From IMG/VR virus record IMGVR_UViG_3300031857_000001: a DNA stretch of 64,000 bases; one strand, written 5' to 3'. Position 1 is the first letter of the stretch, and the number at the start of each line of letters is the position of its first letter. The notes below the pieces were generated by a model. The model ran no database searches, was not told the DNA's origin, and saw only the letters and a program-made list of their open reading frames with translations. The position numbers and the translations under genes were made by a program. Of this stretch, positions 29,640 through 39,210 are shown one piece after another. The stretch is from a virus (lineage: Duplodnaviria > Caudoviricetes).

Positions 29640-30439
29640 TTATTGTTTGACTCGTATTTTATGGCTCTGTCATTAATAAAGAAATATTCTTTTTTTGCCG
29701 ATTCAATCCAAAACTTAACTTCATCTTCAACCAAACTTGTCTCACCATTCTTATAGTTCCAAAATATTGAACCAGTTCTAAAATTGGTATGTTTGTATCC
29801 TATTTTAGGAATTGTCATTATTCTAACAGAATTGTATGTCATTCTTAAAAAGAATTCATACCCAAATGTTAGTTTAAACGATGATTTCATTAACCCATAG
29901 TCGATGAACGCACTTTTACGAATCACCATTCCCGATGTTTGAAAATTTTGGAATTGATGTAGAGTTTCGTTACTTAGATAACCAATTTCTGATGTCATAT
30001 TGAGAGCAAAAGTAGCTTCATTGGTAAATCCAACAAATAATCCCTTTTCATCCGTGTCAATCACCACAGGTAAAAATGCATCAACATCTTTATAAATTTC
30101 TGAATATTTTTTTACATTTTTAAACCATATAGTTGAATATTCATCATCAAATTCAAAAAGAGATATCCATTCAGACGATGAAGCTCTTACTCCATAGTTA
30201 ATTTGTTTTGCATAATTTGGTTCATCCGTCCATTTATGTTTTACAACATTTAAATCACCAAAATCAAAAGAATTCAAAAATTCAACTAGAGATGTTTCAT
30301 CAGAATGAACAATTACTAATTCATTTATTCGAACTTTTTGAGTTTTGATAGATTCAATACATTTATTGAAATACTCTTCAAACCAAGGAGCCGAAGAAGA
30401 TTTTATTGGTAAAATTACCGATACATTAAATTTTTCCAT
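29636..30439 (-). CDS. GT2/GT-A fold glycosyltransferase
   Basis: 'VSVILPI...INELVIVH...NYGV...WISLFEFDD'. Confidence 0.75.
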   Translation of the reverse strand: MEKFNVSVILPIKSSSAPWFEEYFNKCIESIKTQKVRINELVIVHSDETSLVEFLNSFDFGDLNVVKHKWTDEPNYAKQINYGVRASSSEWISLFEFDDEYSTIWFKNVKKYSEIYKDVDAFLPVVIDTDEKGLFVGFTNEATFALNMTSEIGYLSNETLHQFQNFQTSGMVIRKSAFIDYGLMKSSFKLTFGYEFFLRMTYNSVRIMTIPKIGYKHTNFRTGSIFWNYKNGETSLVEDEVKFWIESAKKEYFFINDRAIKYESNNN

Positions 30440-30449
30440 ATTTTTAAAA

Positions 30450-31511
30450 TTATTCTACTGAAACTAATTTATTTAATTGTTCTTCAAACGAGGTTAATCT
30501 TGTATTAATGTAACCTTCAAATAATGAAACTGACTTTTCTTCAAAATATTCTTTCGTTGGTAGATTTTCTACAGCCTTTAACATCTCTTCATATAATGAA
30601 TCATTAACATTATCCTCGAGCCAATTTTGTAAGAAATCTGCAACAAAATCCACCATTTGAATTTTATTATTAACCCACAAACCATTATCAGAATTCATCC
30701 ATTGTGGGACCATATTAGGAGTAAGTCCTAAAACAGGTACCCCACACTTCATAGATTCAAGAGGGAAAGTTCCATAAGAACTAGTTTCATCAATCCAAAC
30801 GGATAAGAAACAATCTTGAAAAACACTTGCAAATTCTTTTTCAGATAATCCTCTCATATCTTTGAATGTAACCCATCTATATTGTGGAAACTTTACATAA
30901 AAATTCTTAATTAAATTAATACTGTCTCTTTGTTCTCTTGAATGAATTGCGATAATTGGCTTAGGAGGAAACTGTTGTTTCTCAAAATTATTTGAGATAT
31001 ATGGAGGTAATACATCATATGAAACGTTTCTCATAACGTTTTCTAAATATTCTTTTTGAGTATCTGAAGTCGTTATACACTTGTAAAATCCAAGTTGATT
31101 CCAATTTTCTCCGGGTTGGAGAGTTTCTAAAACATGGTCGTAAGCCTGAGATAATACAATTTTACCACAAGGTAATTTTGTTATTTGACTCATAACAAAA
31201 CCAAATAGTTCAGGAACAATTATAAAATCTTCAGGAGATACCTCCAAATTTTGACCTTCAATTGATTTATGAGGTAATTTTTCATCATATTCAGAACCCA
31301 ACCAACCTGAGACTCCTGTGTAGTCCGTTTTTTCATGAAGCATAACTGGGTTGTATCCCGAATTTAAAAGAGACATTGCAAATCTGTAAATGTAAGCAAC
31401 TGATGCCTTAGCATTCCCCTTTGTGTCTTGAACAATAAAGTATATTCTTGATTTTTTATTCTTTATGTTCTCAATTGATTTTTCTAATTTTGAAATCTGT
31501 TCTTGTGTCAT
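30450..31511 (-). CDS. GT-B (GT4-like) glycosyltransferase
   Basis: C-terminal 'ETSSYGTFPLESMKCGVPVLG' matches the GT4 E-x7-E type motif. Confidence 0.7.
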   Translation of the reverse strand: MTQEQISKLEKSIENIKNKKSRIYFIVQDTKGNAKASVAYIYRFAMSLLNSGYNPVMLHEKTDYTGVSGWLGSEYDEKLPHKSIEGQNLEVSPEDFIIVPELFGFVMSQITKLPCGKIVLSQAYDHVLETLQPGENWNQLGFYKCITTSDTQKEYLENVMRNVSYDVLPPYISNNFEKQQFPPKPIIAIHSREQRDSINLIKNFYVKFPQYRWVTFKDMRGLSEKEFASVFQDCFLSVWIDETSSYGTFPLESMKCGVPVLGLTPNMVPQWMNSDNGLWVNNKIQMVDFVADFLQNWLEDNVNDSLYEEMLKAVENLPTKEYFEEKSVSLFEGYINTRLTSFEEQLNKLVSVE

Positions 31512-31512
31512 A

Positions 31513-31773
31513 TCAATATTTGTTTAATAATCCTTTATTTAATAATGTATTAAATGATAATTTGAATGGAATTGATAGGTCAGAACTCTTTGGTCCCAAT
31601 GTCTCATCAACTTCATCTTTTTCAGTTAATAATATCTCAGTCATTAACTTAACCATTTCGTACCTAACTACACTTATATGATTTTCTGAAGTACCAGTAT
31701 CATTTGGTATACTTATGTAATTATCAATTTCATCTAAATCTAGATAATAGTTTTCATTTAGTACTTTTAACAT
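31513..31773 (-). CDS. Small acidic hypothetical protein
   Basis: 86-aa ORF, translationally coupled. Confidence 0.65.
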   Translation of the reverse strand: MLKVLNENYYLDLDEIDNYISIPNDTGTSENHISVVRYEMVKLMTEILLTEKDEVDETLGPKSSDLSIPFKLSFNTLLNKGLLNKY

Positions 31774-32369
31774 TCTGTTATTTGTTTTAATGTTTTTTCG
31801 AATTCTTTTATAGAGCGTATCATATATAAGGAGTCGATGTTTTTATTATATTCGGTTTCGAATTTTATAACTATCTTTTCTTTAGGACACTCTAATAATA
31901 AAGAAGGGTTTGATGTAAGTAAAACATCAACCTCGCTCCACATTGAGCTCATAGTAATATTACTGTAAAATTTAATTTTCTCAACTAAACATCCAAATTT
32001 TGATAGAAAAAATAGAGTTGCCGGTTTTGATTTACTAATTTCATCGGAAACTATTAGTAATTCGTGGTTATCCCTTAAATTAATATAAATCTCATTTAAA
32101 TCATTAAACGTGTTATATTCTGATGATTGAGCGTGACCAAAAATTTCCATTGGAAATTCCTCATATAAAAAAGAATACATTTCATCATCATCTCTAAAAC
32201 TAAAATGTTTTTTAATTTCCAAATCTTCGACAGGATAAGTTATTTCATATTTAAAATCATTTTCATATTCAATACCTTCTGTCTTATCAATCATAAATTT
32301 TTGATAAGTCTGTTCTATTTTGTCCAAAGTATTTCTTAAAACTCCGTTTACCTCAATACCAATTCTCAT
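31767..32369 (-). CDS. HAD-superfamily 5'(3')-nucleotidase-like protein, degenerate motif I
   Basis: 'MRIGIEVNGVLRN' in place of the usual 'IGIDxDGVL'. Confidence 0.5.
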   Translation of the reverse strand: MRIGIEVNGVLRNTLDKIEQTYQKFMIDKTEGIEYENDFKYEITYPVEDLEIKKHFSFRDDDEMYSFLYEEFPMEIFGHAQSSEYNTFNDLNEIYINLRDNHELLIVSDEISKSKPATLFFLSKFGCLVEKIKFYSNITMSSMWSEVDVLLTSNPSLLLECPKEKIVIKFETEYNKNIDSLYMIRSIKEFEKTLKQITEC

Positions 32370-33088
32370 TATTCGTATCTTTTTAGAATTTTACTAATTA
32401 ATGGATTTCTAACAACATCTTTGTTATCGAATTCAAATACACCAACATCAGACAAATCTTTAAATTTTTCTATAGCGTCCCAAAGCCCCGAGTGTCTTTT
32501 ATCTTTATATCTATCAGTTTGTTCTAAATCACCTGAAATAAAAAACTTACTATTGAAACCTATTCTAGTTAATAGTAGTTTCATCTGATTTGGGGTTGAA
32601 TTCTGAGCCTCTTCGAAAATAAGAATTGAGTTGTCTATATTCATACCTCTCATATAGGCTAAAGCGAATACCTCAATTACATCTATTTGTTTTAATTTTT
32701 CACGAGCCTCCTTACCAATAATTTTATTCATTAGATAGTAAGATGGGAAAATGTAAGGGTCTAATTTTTCTTCAACATTACCAGGTAGAGAGCCAAGTTT
32801 TTCTTCGGCCTCAACTGCGGGTCTTACAATTATGATTTTTTCATATGGGGTTAATGGGTCTGATAATAAATCCAAAGCCGCTTTCATTGCGATATAACTT
32901 TTACCAACACCTGCGGGACCAGAACAAATTGTAATTTGATTATTTATTAATAAATCGTAATATTTTTTTTGATTTTCAGATAAAAATTTTTCCTTTGATT
33001 TTTTCTTTATTATTTCAGTGATTTGGTCTTTCCTACTCACATTTTTCTTCGGTTCTTCTTGAACTGAAATAGGTTTTTTTCTTGTCAT
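32369..33088 (-). CDS. phoH: PhoH-family ATPase
   Basis: 'GPAGVGKS', 'LGSLPGNVEEKLDPY', 'YMRG', 'EEAQN', 'LLTRIG', 'GDLEQTD'. Confidence 0.95.
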   Translation of the reverse strand: MTRKKPISVQEEPKKNVSRKDQITEIIKKKSKEKFLSENQKKYYDLLINNQITICSGPAGVGKSYIAMKAALDLLSDPLTPYEKIIIVRPAVEAEEKLGSLPGNVEEKLDPYIFPSYYLMNKIIGKEAREKLKQIDVIEVFALAYMRGMNIDNSILIFEEAQNSTPNQMKLLLTRIGFNSKFFISGDLEQTDRYKDKRHSGLWDAIEKFKDLSDVGVFEFDNKDVVRNPLISKILKRYE

Positions 33089-34062
33089 ATATTAATTTTA
33101 AAATAATTCATCCAATAGTCAATCATCTCGTCTAACATAGATTCGAATGTGTAATCATGTAACCATCCTGTAGATTTAATAAGTTTAGAACTATCTCCTT
33201 TTAAGTCATGTAATTCTTCAGGTCTCAAAAATTTTTCATCTTGTTTTACGTATTTTACCCAATCTAATTCTAGTTTACCAAAAACATATTCACATAATTC
33301 TCTAACTGAATGAGATACACCTGTTGCACACACAAAATCGTCAGGTTTATCTAACTGTAGAATTTCCCACATTGCCTTAACATAATCTTTAGCATGACCC
33401 CAATCCCGGGTGGCTTCCAAATTGCCTAATCTTAATTCATTTGATAGACCTAATTTAATTTTAACCGCTTCTTTACATACTTTATTTGTTACAAAGTTAG
33501 TTCCTCTTCTTGGTGATTCATGATTAAACAAAATACCGTTTGAGATAAACATTCCATAAGAATTACGATAATTCCTACAAATATTATAACTAAAAACTTT
33601 AGCACATCCATATGGTGAAACGGGATTCATCGGTGTGGTTTCCCTTTGAAATCCGTCAGAATCAATAGAATTACCAAACATTTCAGATGAAGATGCTTGA
33701 TATATTTTAGTATCAGGTTTAATTAGTTTAACGGTCTCCAATAAATTTAAAGTCCCTAATCCGGTTACATTTGCGGTATATATTGGTTGGTCAAATGAAA
33801 TTCTAACGTGAGATTGTGCGGCTAAATTGTATATCTCATCCGGCATTATTTTTTGGATGACCCCAACTAAAGAAGACATATCAGTCAAATCTGCGTATTC
33901 TAGCGTTATTTTATTATAGACATTATTTAATCTAGCAGTTTGATTTTCCGCAACGGAATTCCTTTTTAAAATTCCATATACATCATAACCTTTTTCTATT
34001 AAAAATTCGGCCAAGTATGAACCATCTTGACCATTTATACCTGTAATTAATGCTTTTTTCAT
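33085..34062 (-). CDS. gmd: GDP-mannose 4,6-dehydratase
   Basis: 'ALITGINGQDGSYLAE', 'YNLAAQSHV', 'YQASSSEMFG', 'SPYGCAK', 'LFNHESPRRG', 'RDWGHAKDYV'. Confidence 0.95.
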   Translation of the reverse strand: MKKALITGINGQDGSYLAEFLIEKGYDVYGILKRNSVAENQTARLNNVYNKITLEYADLTDMSSLVGVIQKIMPDEIYNLAAQSHVRISFDQPIYTANVTGLGTLNLLETVKLIKPDTKIYQASSSEMFGNSIDSDGFQRETTPMNPVSPYGCAKVFSYNICRNYRNSYGMFISNGILFNHESPRRGTNFVTNKVCKEAVKIKLGLSNELRLGNLEATRDWGHAKDYVKAMWEILQLDKPDDFVCATGVSHSVRELCEYVFGKLELDWVKYVKQDEKFLRPEELHDLKGDSSKLIKSTGWLHDYTFESMLDEMIDYWMNYFKINI

Positions 34063-35213
34063 AAATTTTTATTAACTATTTGAATTACTTTATTAATTTC
34101 ATCATAAGTCATTTGATGATTATTTGGAATATATATACCAAGTTCGTGTACCAATTTTGAGTTAGGCAAATTTTGTTTACCGTATCTTTCATACCAAAAT
34201 GGATGCTCGTTAATCGAACCACAAATTAAGGGCCGACATTCAATATTATTTTTGATTAACTCTTCAGTTAATGATTTGATATTTTTAGTTATAATGGGAA
34301 ATGAAAAATTTGATATAAATGAATTTTCAGGAGGGGAAATGCTCCAAAAAGTATTTTTAATTTCATTTTTATATCTTTCATAATTTTTATTTCTATTAGT
34401 TACAATAATATCTAATTTGTCTAATTGACCTAACCCGATAAAGGCTTGTAAATCTGTTGCTCTTAAATTAAACCCTGGATAATAAAAAGTATAAAGTGAC
34501 CTAAAATCATCAATATCATACTTTTTTCTTAAAGATTCTTGTTTTTCTTTAGGTAAGTCTCTGTCCCATCCGTGTGAACGTATTGATAATAAGATATGAT
34601 ATAAATCTTCATCATCAGTAGATATCATACCTCCCTCAATAGTTGATATATGATGTCCAAAATAAAATGAAAAAGTTGATAGGTCCCCAAAAGTACCCAA
34701 TAATTTATCTTCATATTTTGAGCCCATTGATTCACAAGTATCCTCAATTAACAAAATATTATTTTCTTCACATAATTTAATAATCTCATTCATATGATTT
34801 GGAAAACCTAAGACATGAACCAAAATAATTGCTGATGGACTATCATTTTTAATGATATTTTTTAGATGGTCAATGTCAAGTCCTAAATTATTCATGTCAC
34901 ATTCACACATTATTGGTTCCATACCTAATTGAATTGCTGGCGTGACGGTCGTGACCCAAGAAACCGCAGGAACCACTATTTTTTTATTCTTTAATCTACC
35001 TGATAATATTAAAGAATATATTGCAGCTAAATTAGCTGACGAACCAGAGTTAACAAATACTGAATATTTAACCCCTAACCATTTAGACCATTTTTTTTCA
35101 AACTCCTCAGTTAATTTTCCCTTAGTTAATCTTGGATTTGTCTCTAACCAATAGATTAATTTTTTTATGTCGTCAAAATTGATAGTATCTTTTACTAATG
35201 TAATTTTTTCCAT
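34059..35213 (-). CDS. colD: PLP-dependent GDP-4-keto-6-deoxymannose 3-dehydratase, ColD-like
   Basis: DegT/DnrJ fold with His in place of the Schiff-base Lys ('SFYFGHHISTIEGG'); 'SHGWDRDLP' lacks the E1 Cys cluster. Confidence 0.75.
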   Translation of the reverse strand: MEKITLVKDTINFDDIKKLIYWLETNPRLTKGKLTEEFEKKWSKWLGVKYSVFVNSGSSANLAAIYSLILSGRLKNKKIVVPAVSWVTTVTPAIQLGMEPIMCECDMNNLGLDIDHLKNIIKNDSPSAIILVHVLGFPNHMNEIIKLCEENNILLIEDTCESMGSKYEDKLLGTFGDLSTFSFYFGHHISTIEGGMISTDDEDLYHILLSIRSHGWDRDLPKEKQESLRKKYDIDDFRSLYTFYYPGFNLRATDLQAFIGLGQLDKLDIIVTNRNKNYERYKNEIKNTFWSISPPENSFISNFSFPIITKNIKSLTEELIKNNIECRPLICGSINEHPFWYERYGKQNLPNSKLVHELGIYIPNNHQMTYDEINKVIQIVNKNL

Positions 35214-35214
35214 A

Positions 35215-36141
35215 TTATTTTCTTATATTTTTATAATTTTCCTGAAACCATTTAACTGTTTTTTCTATACCATCTGATAAATCCGTAAATTCAAAATTTT
35301 CCGGTACATTAGATATTGCTGGCTTACGATATTGACCCATTGGTTTAGTATTATCGAAAATTATGTTATTAAAATCTATATCTAATTTATTACATATTAT
35401 TTTAGCAATTTCTAATATAGAATGTTCTTGTTTATTAATTGCCATAAATGGTTCATCACTTTTCCAATTATCGAGTGACCACATTATTAGCCTTGCCAAA
35501 TCTTCCGAATATATTACTTGACGTAAAGGACTACCATCTCCCCATATTACCATTTTTTCAGAGTTTTGTTTAGATAAATGAGCCCTATGTATCATAGCTG
35601 GAATCATGTGACCATCATCTAAATGAAAATTATCATTTATTCCATAAACATTTGTAGGGACAACAGATACCCAATTAGCGTTTAATACTTTTTTAATAAT
35701 ATTTGTCTGATAACCAGATAATCTTTTCGCATATGAATACCCATGATTTGAAAAGTGAGGAGGTCCTTGGTCAATTTGATTAGGGGTCAACGGAAATGTT
35801 ATGTTTTTATCAGGAAAAATACACGTTGATAATAAATTAACAAAATTAGGTATTTCATTTTTAAAACATGACTCAATAATATTATTATTGATAATAAAGT
35901 TATCAATAAAAAAACCTTTATTATTTTTCATATTGGCTTGAACTCCTCCGACCTTAGCCGCACAATGTATTACAGTGTCAATATTATTATGTTTAACATG
36001 ATATGTTATATAATCAATTGTTTTTTTATTATCTAGAAGATTTATATCTTCTTTTGTGTGATAGATTTGATTATCACCTAATATTTTTTTTAAAGCAGAC
36101 CCTACCAATCCGTTAGAACCTGTCACTAAAATTTTATTCAT
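35215..36141 (-). CDS. fcl: GDP-L-fucose/GDP-L-colitose synthase (epimerase/reductase, Fcl/ColC family)
   Basis: 'VTGSNGLVG', 'AAKVGGVQAN', 'LSTCIFP', 'YSYAK', 'PTNVYG.NDNF', 'WGDGSPLRQ'. Confidence 0.9.
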   Translation of the reverse strand: MNKILVTGSNGLVGSALKKILGDNQIYHTKEDINLLDNKKTIDYITYHVKHNNIDTVIHCAAKVGGVQANMKNNKGFFIDNFIINNNIIESCFKNEIPNFVNLLSTCIFPDKNITFPLTPNQIDQGPPHFSNHGYSYAKRLSGYQTNIIKKVLNANWVSVVPTNVYGINDNFHLDDGHMIPAMIHRAHLSKQNSEKMVIWGDGSPLRQVIYSEDLARLIMWSLDNWKSDEPFMAINKQEHSILEIAKIICNKLDIDFNNIIFDNTKPMGQYRKPAISNVPENFEFTDLSDGIEKTVKWFQENYKNIRK

Positions 36142-36923
36142 AATTTAATCCAATTTTCGCATCCTATTTCTGAAGTATCTAAAAACTGAACTCCAAACCA
36201 GTTAGATGGATATATTACTTTTTTATTATCATTATTATTTAACCAAGCTCCCCACCAACTAAAACTTGAGTTCGCAATTATATTATTCTTACACATTGAC
36301 ATTAGATATAAATCTTGATAGTCTATGTTTCCATTAATAAACGTTTTATTTTTAATAAACCCTAAATTTTCTTTACACCAATCAATGTCGTCAGAAAAAA
36401 TTAAGTAGTCCAAATCCTCACCAATTTTTGACACGGATTCTTTATAATAGTTTATAGTTTGTACCGGGTGAAAATGAGATTTTTGAACATAATTACCACG
36501 TCTAACATGTAGTGAACAAGTGTTTCCAGATAGAACATCTGAATATTTCATAGTAATAAATTCATATGTTTCAGAGTCAATCTCAAATAAATTTAAAATA
36601 TCTTGTCTTAAATTTTTAAAATATTTTTCATTTTGATAATAACCTTTTAATTTTAGATTATTTTTAGGGTTTGGTATTTCAGAATATTGTATGGGTTGAA
36701 TCGGTTCATGAGACGAATAGTTTGAGTACTCTGAAACAAATTTTATTTTTCTAAATATATTATTATAGTATAAATCAATTGGGCTATGAATTATAGATAT
36801 ATCCGAAATATCAACAACCATTTCTCTATTATCTCTAATTGATGTGTAATATGAAGCCGCTATTTGAAATATGTAGTTTCCTAACCCCCCTTTTAATTGA
36901 GGAGACACCAATAATTTTTCCAT
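36138..36923 (-). CDS. GT11 alpha-1,2-fucosyl/colitosyl-transferase
   Basis: 'GGLGNYIFQ', 'LHVRRGNY', 'IIANSSFSWWGAWL'. Confidence 0.92.
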   Translation of the reverse strand: MEKLLVSPQLKGGLGNYIFQIAASYYTSIRDNREMVVDISDISIIHSPIDLYYNNIFRKIKFVSEYSNYSSHEPIQPIQYSEIPNPKNNLKLKGYYQNEKYFKNLRQDILNLFEIDSETYEFITMKYSDVLSGNTCSLHVRRGNYVQKSHFHPVQTINYYKESVSKIGEDLDYLIFSDDIDWCKENLGFIKNKTFINGNIDYQDLYLMSMCKNNIIANSSFSWWGAWLNNNDNKKVIYPSNWFGVQFLDTSEIGCENWIKL

Positions 36924-36925
36924 AA

Positions 36926-37267
36926 TTAAAATCCCTTATAATATTTAACAGAATCTTCAATCAATGATTTATTAGTTAATATAGAATTCTCAATCATACG
37001 GTTTACCGCTTGTACATATTTAGGTCTTTTAACTTTAAAACAAATATCAATTTTACGTTTTAAATCGGCAATTTCCGAATCATTTTCCGCAACACTGATA
37101 GAGTCCTCAAGATACCACATGCGACAATGTAAAATAGCCAATTTTTCAATCACCTCTCCTATATTGTCAGTTTCAATTAAATCATCAGGAATGGTAACAT
37201 TTTTACTATTAGTTAGTATCTGATTTACTTTATTTTTAATAATTTCTTCAATTCTCTCTCCAATCAT
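36926..37267 (-). CDS. Small helical protein, DUF4254-like
   Basis: 'EKLAILHCRMWYLED...LKRKID'. Confidence 0.5.
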   Translation of the reverse strand: MIGERIEEIIKNKVNQILTNSKNVTIPDDLIETDNIGEVIEKLAILHCRMWYLEDSISVAENDSEIADLKRKIDICFKVKRPKYVQAVNRMIENSILTNKSLIEDSVKYYKGF

Positions 37268-37268
37268 T

Positions 37269-37931
37269 TTAATATATTGTTATAAATTTATTTTTACCTT
37301 GGCTATTCAATGATTCGTTGTAACCTCTGATATATTGGTGATAATAAAATGAAGGTTTTTCAAAAACATAAGAATTAATCAAACACTTAATACTTGATTC
37401 CATTATGTGTACCTCCTTTGAATTTTCAATTATTTTAAGAATATCAAAAATTCCAAATTCAATTGGATTTTCAATTATTTTTAAATCGGTTCTAATTTTA
37501 TTTTTATCCACTTTACCGTGAACAAAAATGTATTCTTCATTGTTTGGATTAACATAATTAAAGGCGTCGTCTTCTTTATTAGGGTCTCTTAAAAATAAAA
37601 ATTTAGAAAAACGATATTCAAATGGCATTTCTGATATTTTATAAAATGCCTCATCAAACTTTGTCATCGGGAATTTCATTAATTTATCAAATCCAATCTT
37701 AATTACGTCATATTGAATATTATTTTCAATAATATATCTGTTAACTTCCCAGTCTTCACCGACAGGTAATACTTTAATATCTTCGTCATCTCGGTACATA
37801 TATTTGACATTTTCATAGTTATGTGGTTTACAAAAAACTATCACTTTACCATAAATTTCTTTATAATGTCTGACCATACCATTACATATTATATGGTCAC
37901 CTAATCCTAAATGGTGATAAATATATTTCAT
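37269..37931 (-). CDS. Putative glycosyltransferase-like protein
   Basis: N-terminal 'HHLGLGDHIICNG' resembles the GT-B GxGD motif; located inside the sugar operon. Confidence 0.5.
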   Translation of the reverse strand: MKYIYHHLGLGDHIICNGMVRHYKEIYGKVIVFCKPHNYENVKYMYRDDEDIKVLPVGEDWEVNRYIIENNIQYDVIKIGFDKLMKFPMTKFDEAFYKISEMPFEYRFSKFLFLRDPNKEDDAFNYVNPNNEEYIFVHGKVDKNKIRTDLKIIENPIEFGIFDILKIIENSKEVHIMESSIKCLINSYVFEKPSFYYHQYIRGYNESLNSQGKNKFITIY

Positions 37932-38554
37932 TGTGCCCTGCTAAATAAATTATTCATGTCATTTATAGTTTTTATATAATGAAAAGTAATATAATTTGAA
38001 GTATCGTCAACAGGGATATTATAAAAACTAGGTGGTTGAGAATTAAAAAAATTATAGTCAATTGATTTTATACCTAATTCTCTTAATAATAAACCTAGTG
38101 TAACATCTGAATAACCTGTGTTTAAAATTTTTAAGTGTCTAGTTATTTTGTGTAATAATTCTGTGTGTATTAGATATCCCGCCCCTCCTGAACAATAATT
38201 AAGACTTTTATCAACAGACCAAGTACCATTAAGAACTGAGCCGTGAACTGAATCTTTATCCAAAAGGTCCACAAAATTTTCTAATTTTTTAGTATTAACA
38301 AATGTATCATCATCACAAAAGAAAAACCATTCATAATCTTTTACATTATTTGAGACATAATGTAAAACATTAATATGTTTATCTTCATTTGAATGATAAT
38401 CTTTTCTATCCGATACCTTAATTATGTTTTTTTCAGTATCTTCGTGGTCAGAATAGAACAAACAATTAACATCTTTACCCCAAGTTTTTTTAACATTAAA
38501 ATATCTATCAGGATTCATAGACCCATGTAATAATACATATAATATCTTTTTCAT
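37928..38554 (-). CDS. GT31 Fringe/C1GALT1-like beta-1,3-glycosyltransferase
   Basis: 'WFFFCDDDTFVN', 'YCSGGAGYLI', 'SDVTLG', 'ITFHY'. Confidence 0.8.
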   Translation of the reverse strand: MKKILYVLLHGSMNPDRYFNVKKTWGKDVNCLFYSDHEDTEKNIIKVSDRKDYHSNEDKHINVLHYVSNNVKDYEWFFFCDDDTFVNTKKLENFVDLLDKDSVHGSVLNGTWSVDKSLNYCSGGAGYLIHTELLHKITRHLKILNTGYSDVTLGLLLRELGIKSIDYNFFNSQPPSFYNIPVDDTSNYITFHYIKTINDMNNLFSRAQ

Positions 38555-39210
38555 ATTACCGACAAATAATCTTGACCGACAGGTTTATCAAACTCATCAA
38601 TTCTATCCCCAATAAATCTACCCATTTCTCTTTTAATCGGAAAAGGTTTTTTTTCAAAAAATTCATCATGGGTAATTTTATCATTTTCAAATAAAGAAAA
38701 AACAGTTTTTAGAAAAGTTTGGTCTGAACCGTATGATAAATTTTTATTTTTTACAAAATCGTTTATCATATCAGTTATAGATATAAAACCTTTTTTAATT
38801 CCCCACATTCCCCCTAAAATACCTAATCTATCACTCCCGAAAGGAATTCCATGGGCAGGATGGTCTCTCATAACATGTAAAGATTTTCCACTATTAATCC
38901 ATTCATCAACCGCCATTTTTTCTCTAACAGTTATTCTTGAATCGGCATCTCTAAAAACACAATATTCTGAGTCAGGTAAGTCTATTGCAAAAAATCTCCA
39001 AAACATCCCATAAAGTTTTTTTTCGGTTACATCGATTGTTAAAACTCCCAAATCGTTTAATTTATTTATAGTTTCTTTTGGTACTGTATTATCATAATAA
39101 ACGACCATTTGCCAATCTGAATATATGGTTTTCCATAATTCGGCATTTCTAATTGCCCCAACATTATATATGGGTTTATCCCCCCATAAACTAAAACTCA
39201 AATATTTCAT
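38551..39210 (-). CDS. Putative GT-A fold glycosyltransferase of an uncharacterised family
   Basis: 'SFSLWG', 'MFWRF', DxD in 'RDADSR', 'MRDHP.H', 'LGGMWG', 'DQTFL'. Confidence 0.55.
   Translation of the reverse strand: MKYLSFSLWGDKPIYNVGAIRNAELWKTIYSDWQMVVYYDNTVPKETINKLNDLGVLTIDVTEKKLYGMFWRFFAIDLPDSEYCVFRDADSRITVREKMAVDEWINSGKSLHVMRDHPAHGIPFGSDRLGILGGMWGIKKGFISITDMINDFVKNKNLSYGSDQTFLKTVFSLFENDKITHDEFFEKKPFPIKREMGRFIGDRIDEFDKPVGQDYLSVI

Noticed and set aside
34059-35213. Perosamine synthase or E1 (RfbH) assignment
   Set aside because: The Schiff-base Lys is replaced by His, so it is not an aminotransferase, and the E1 iron-sulfur Cys cluster is absent.
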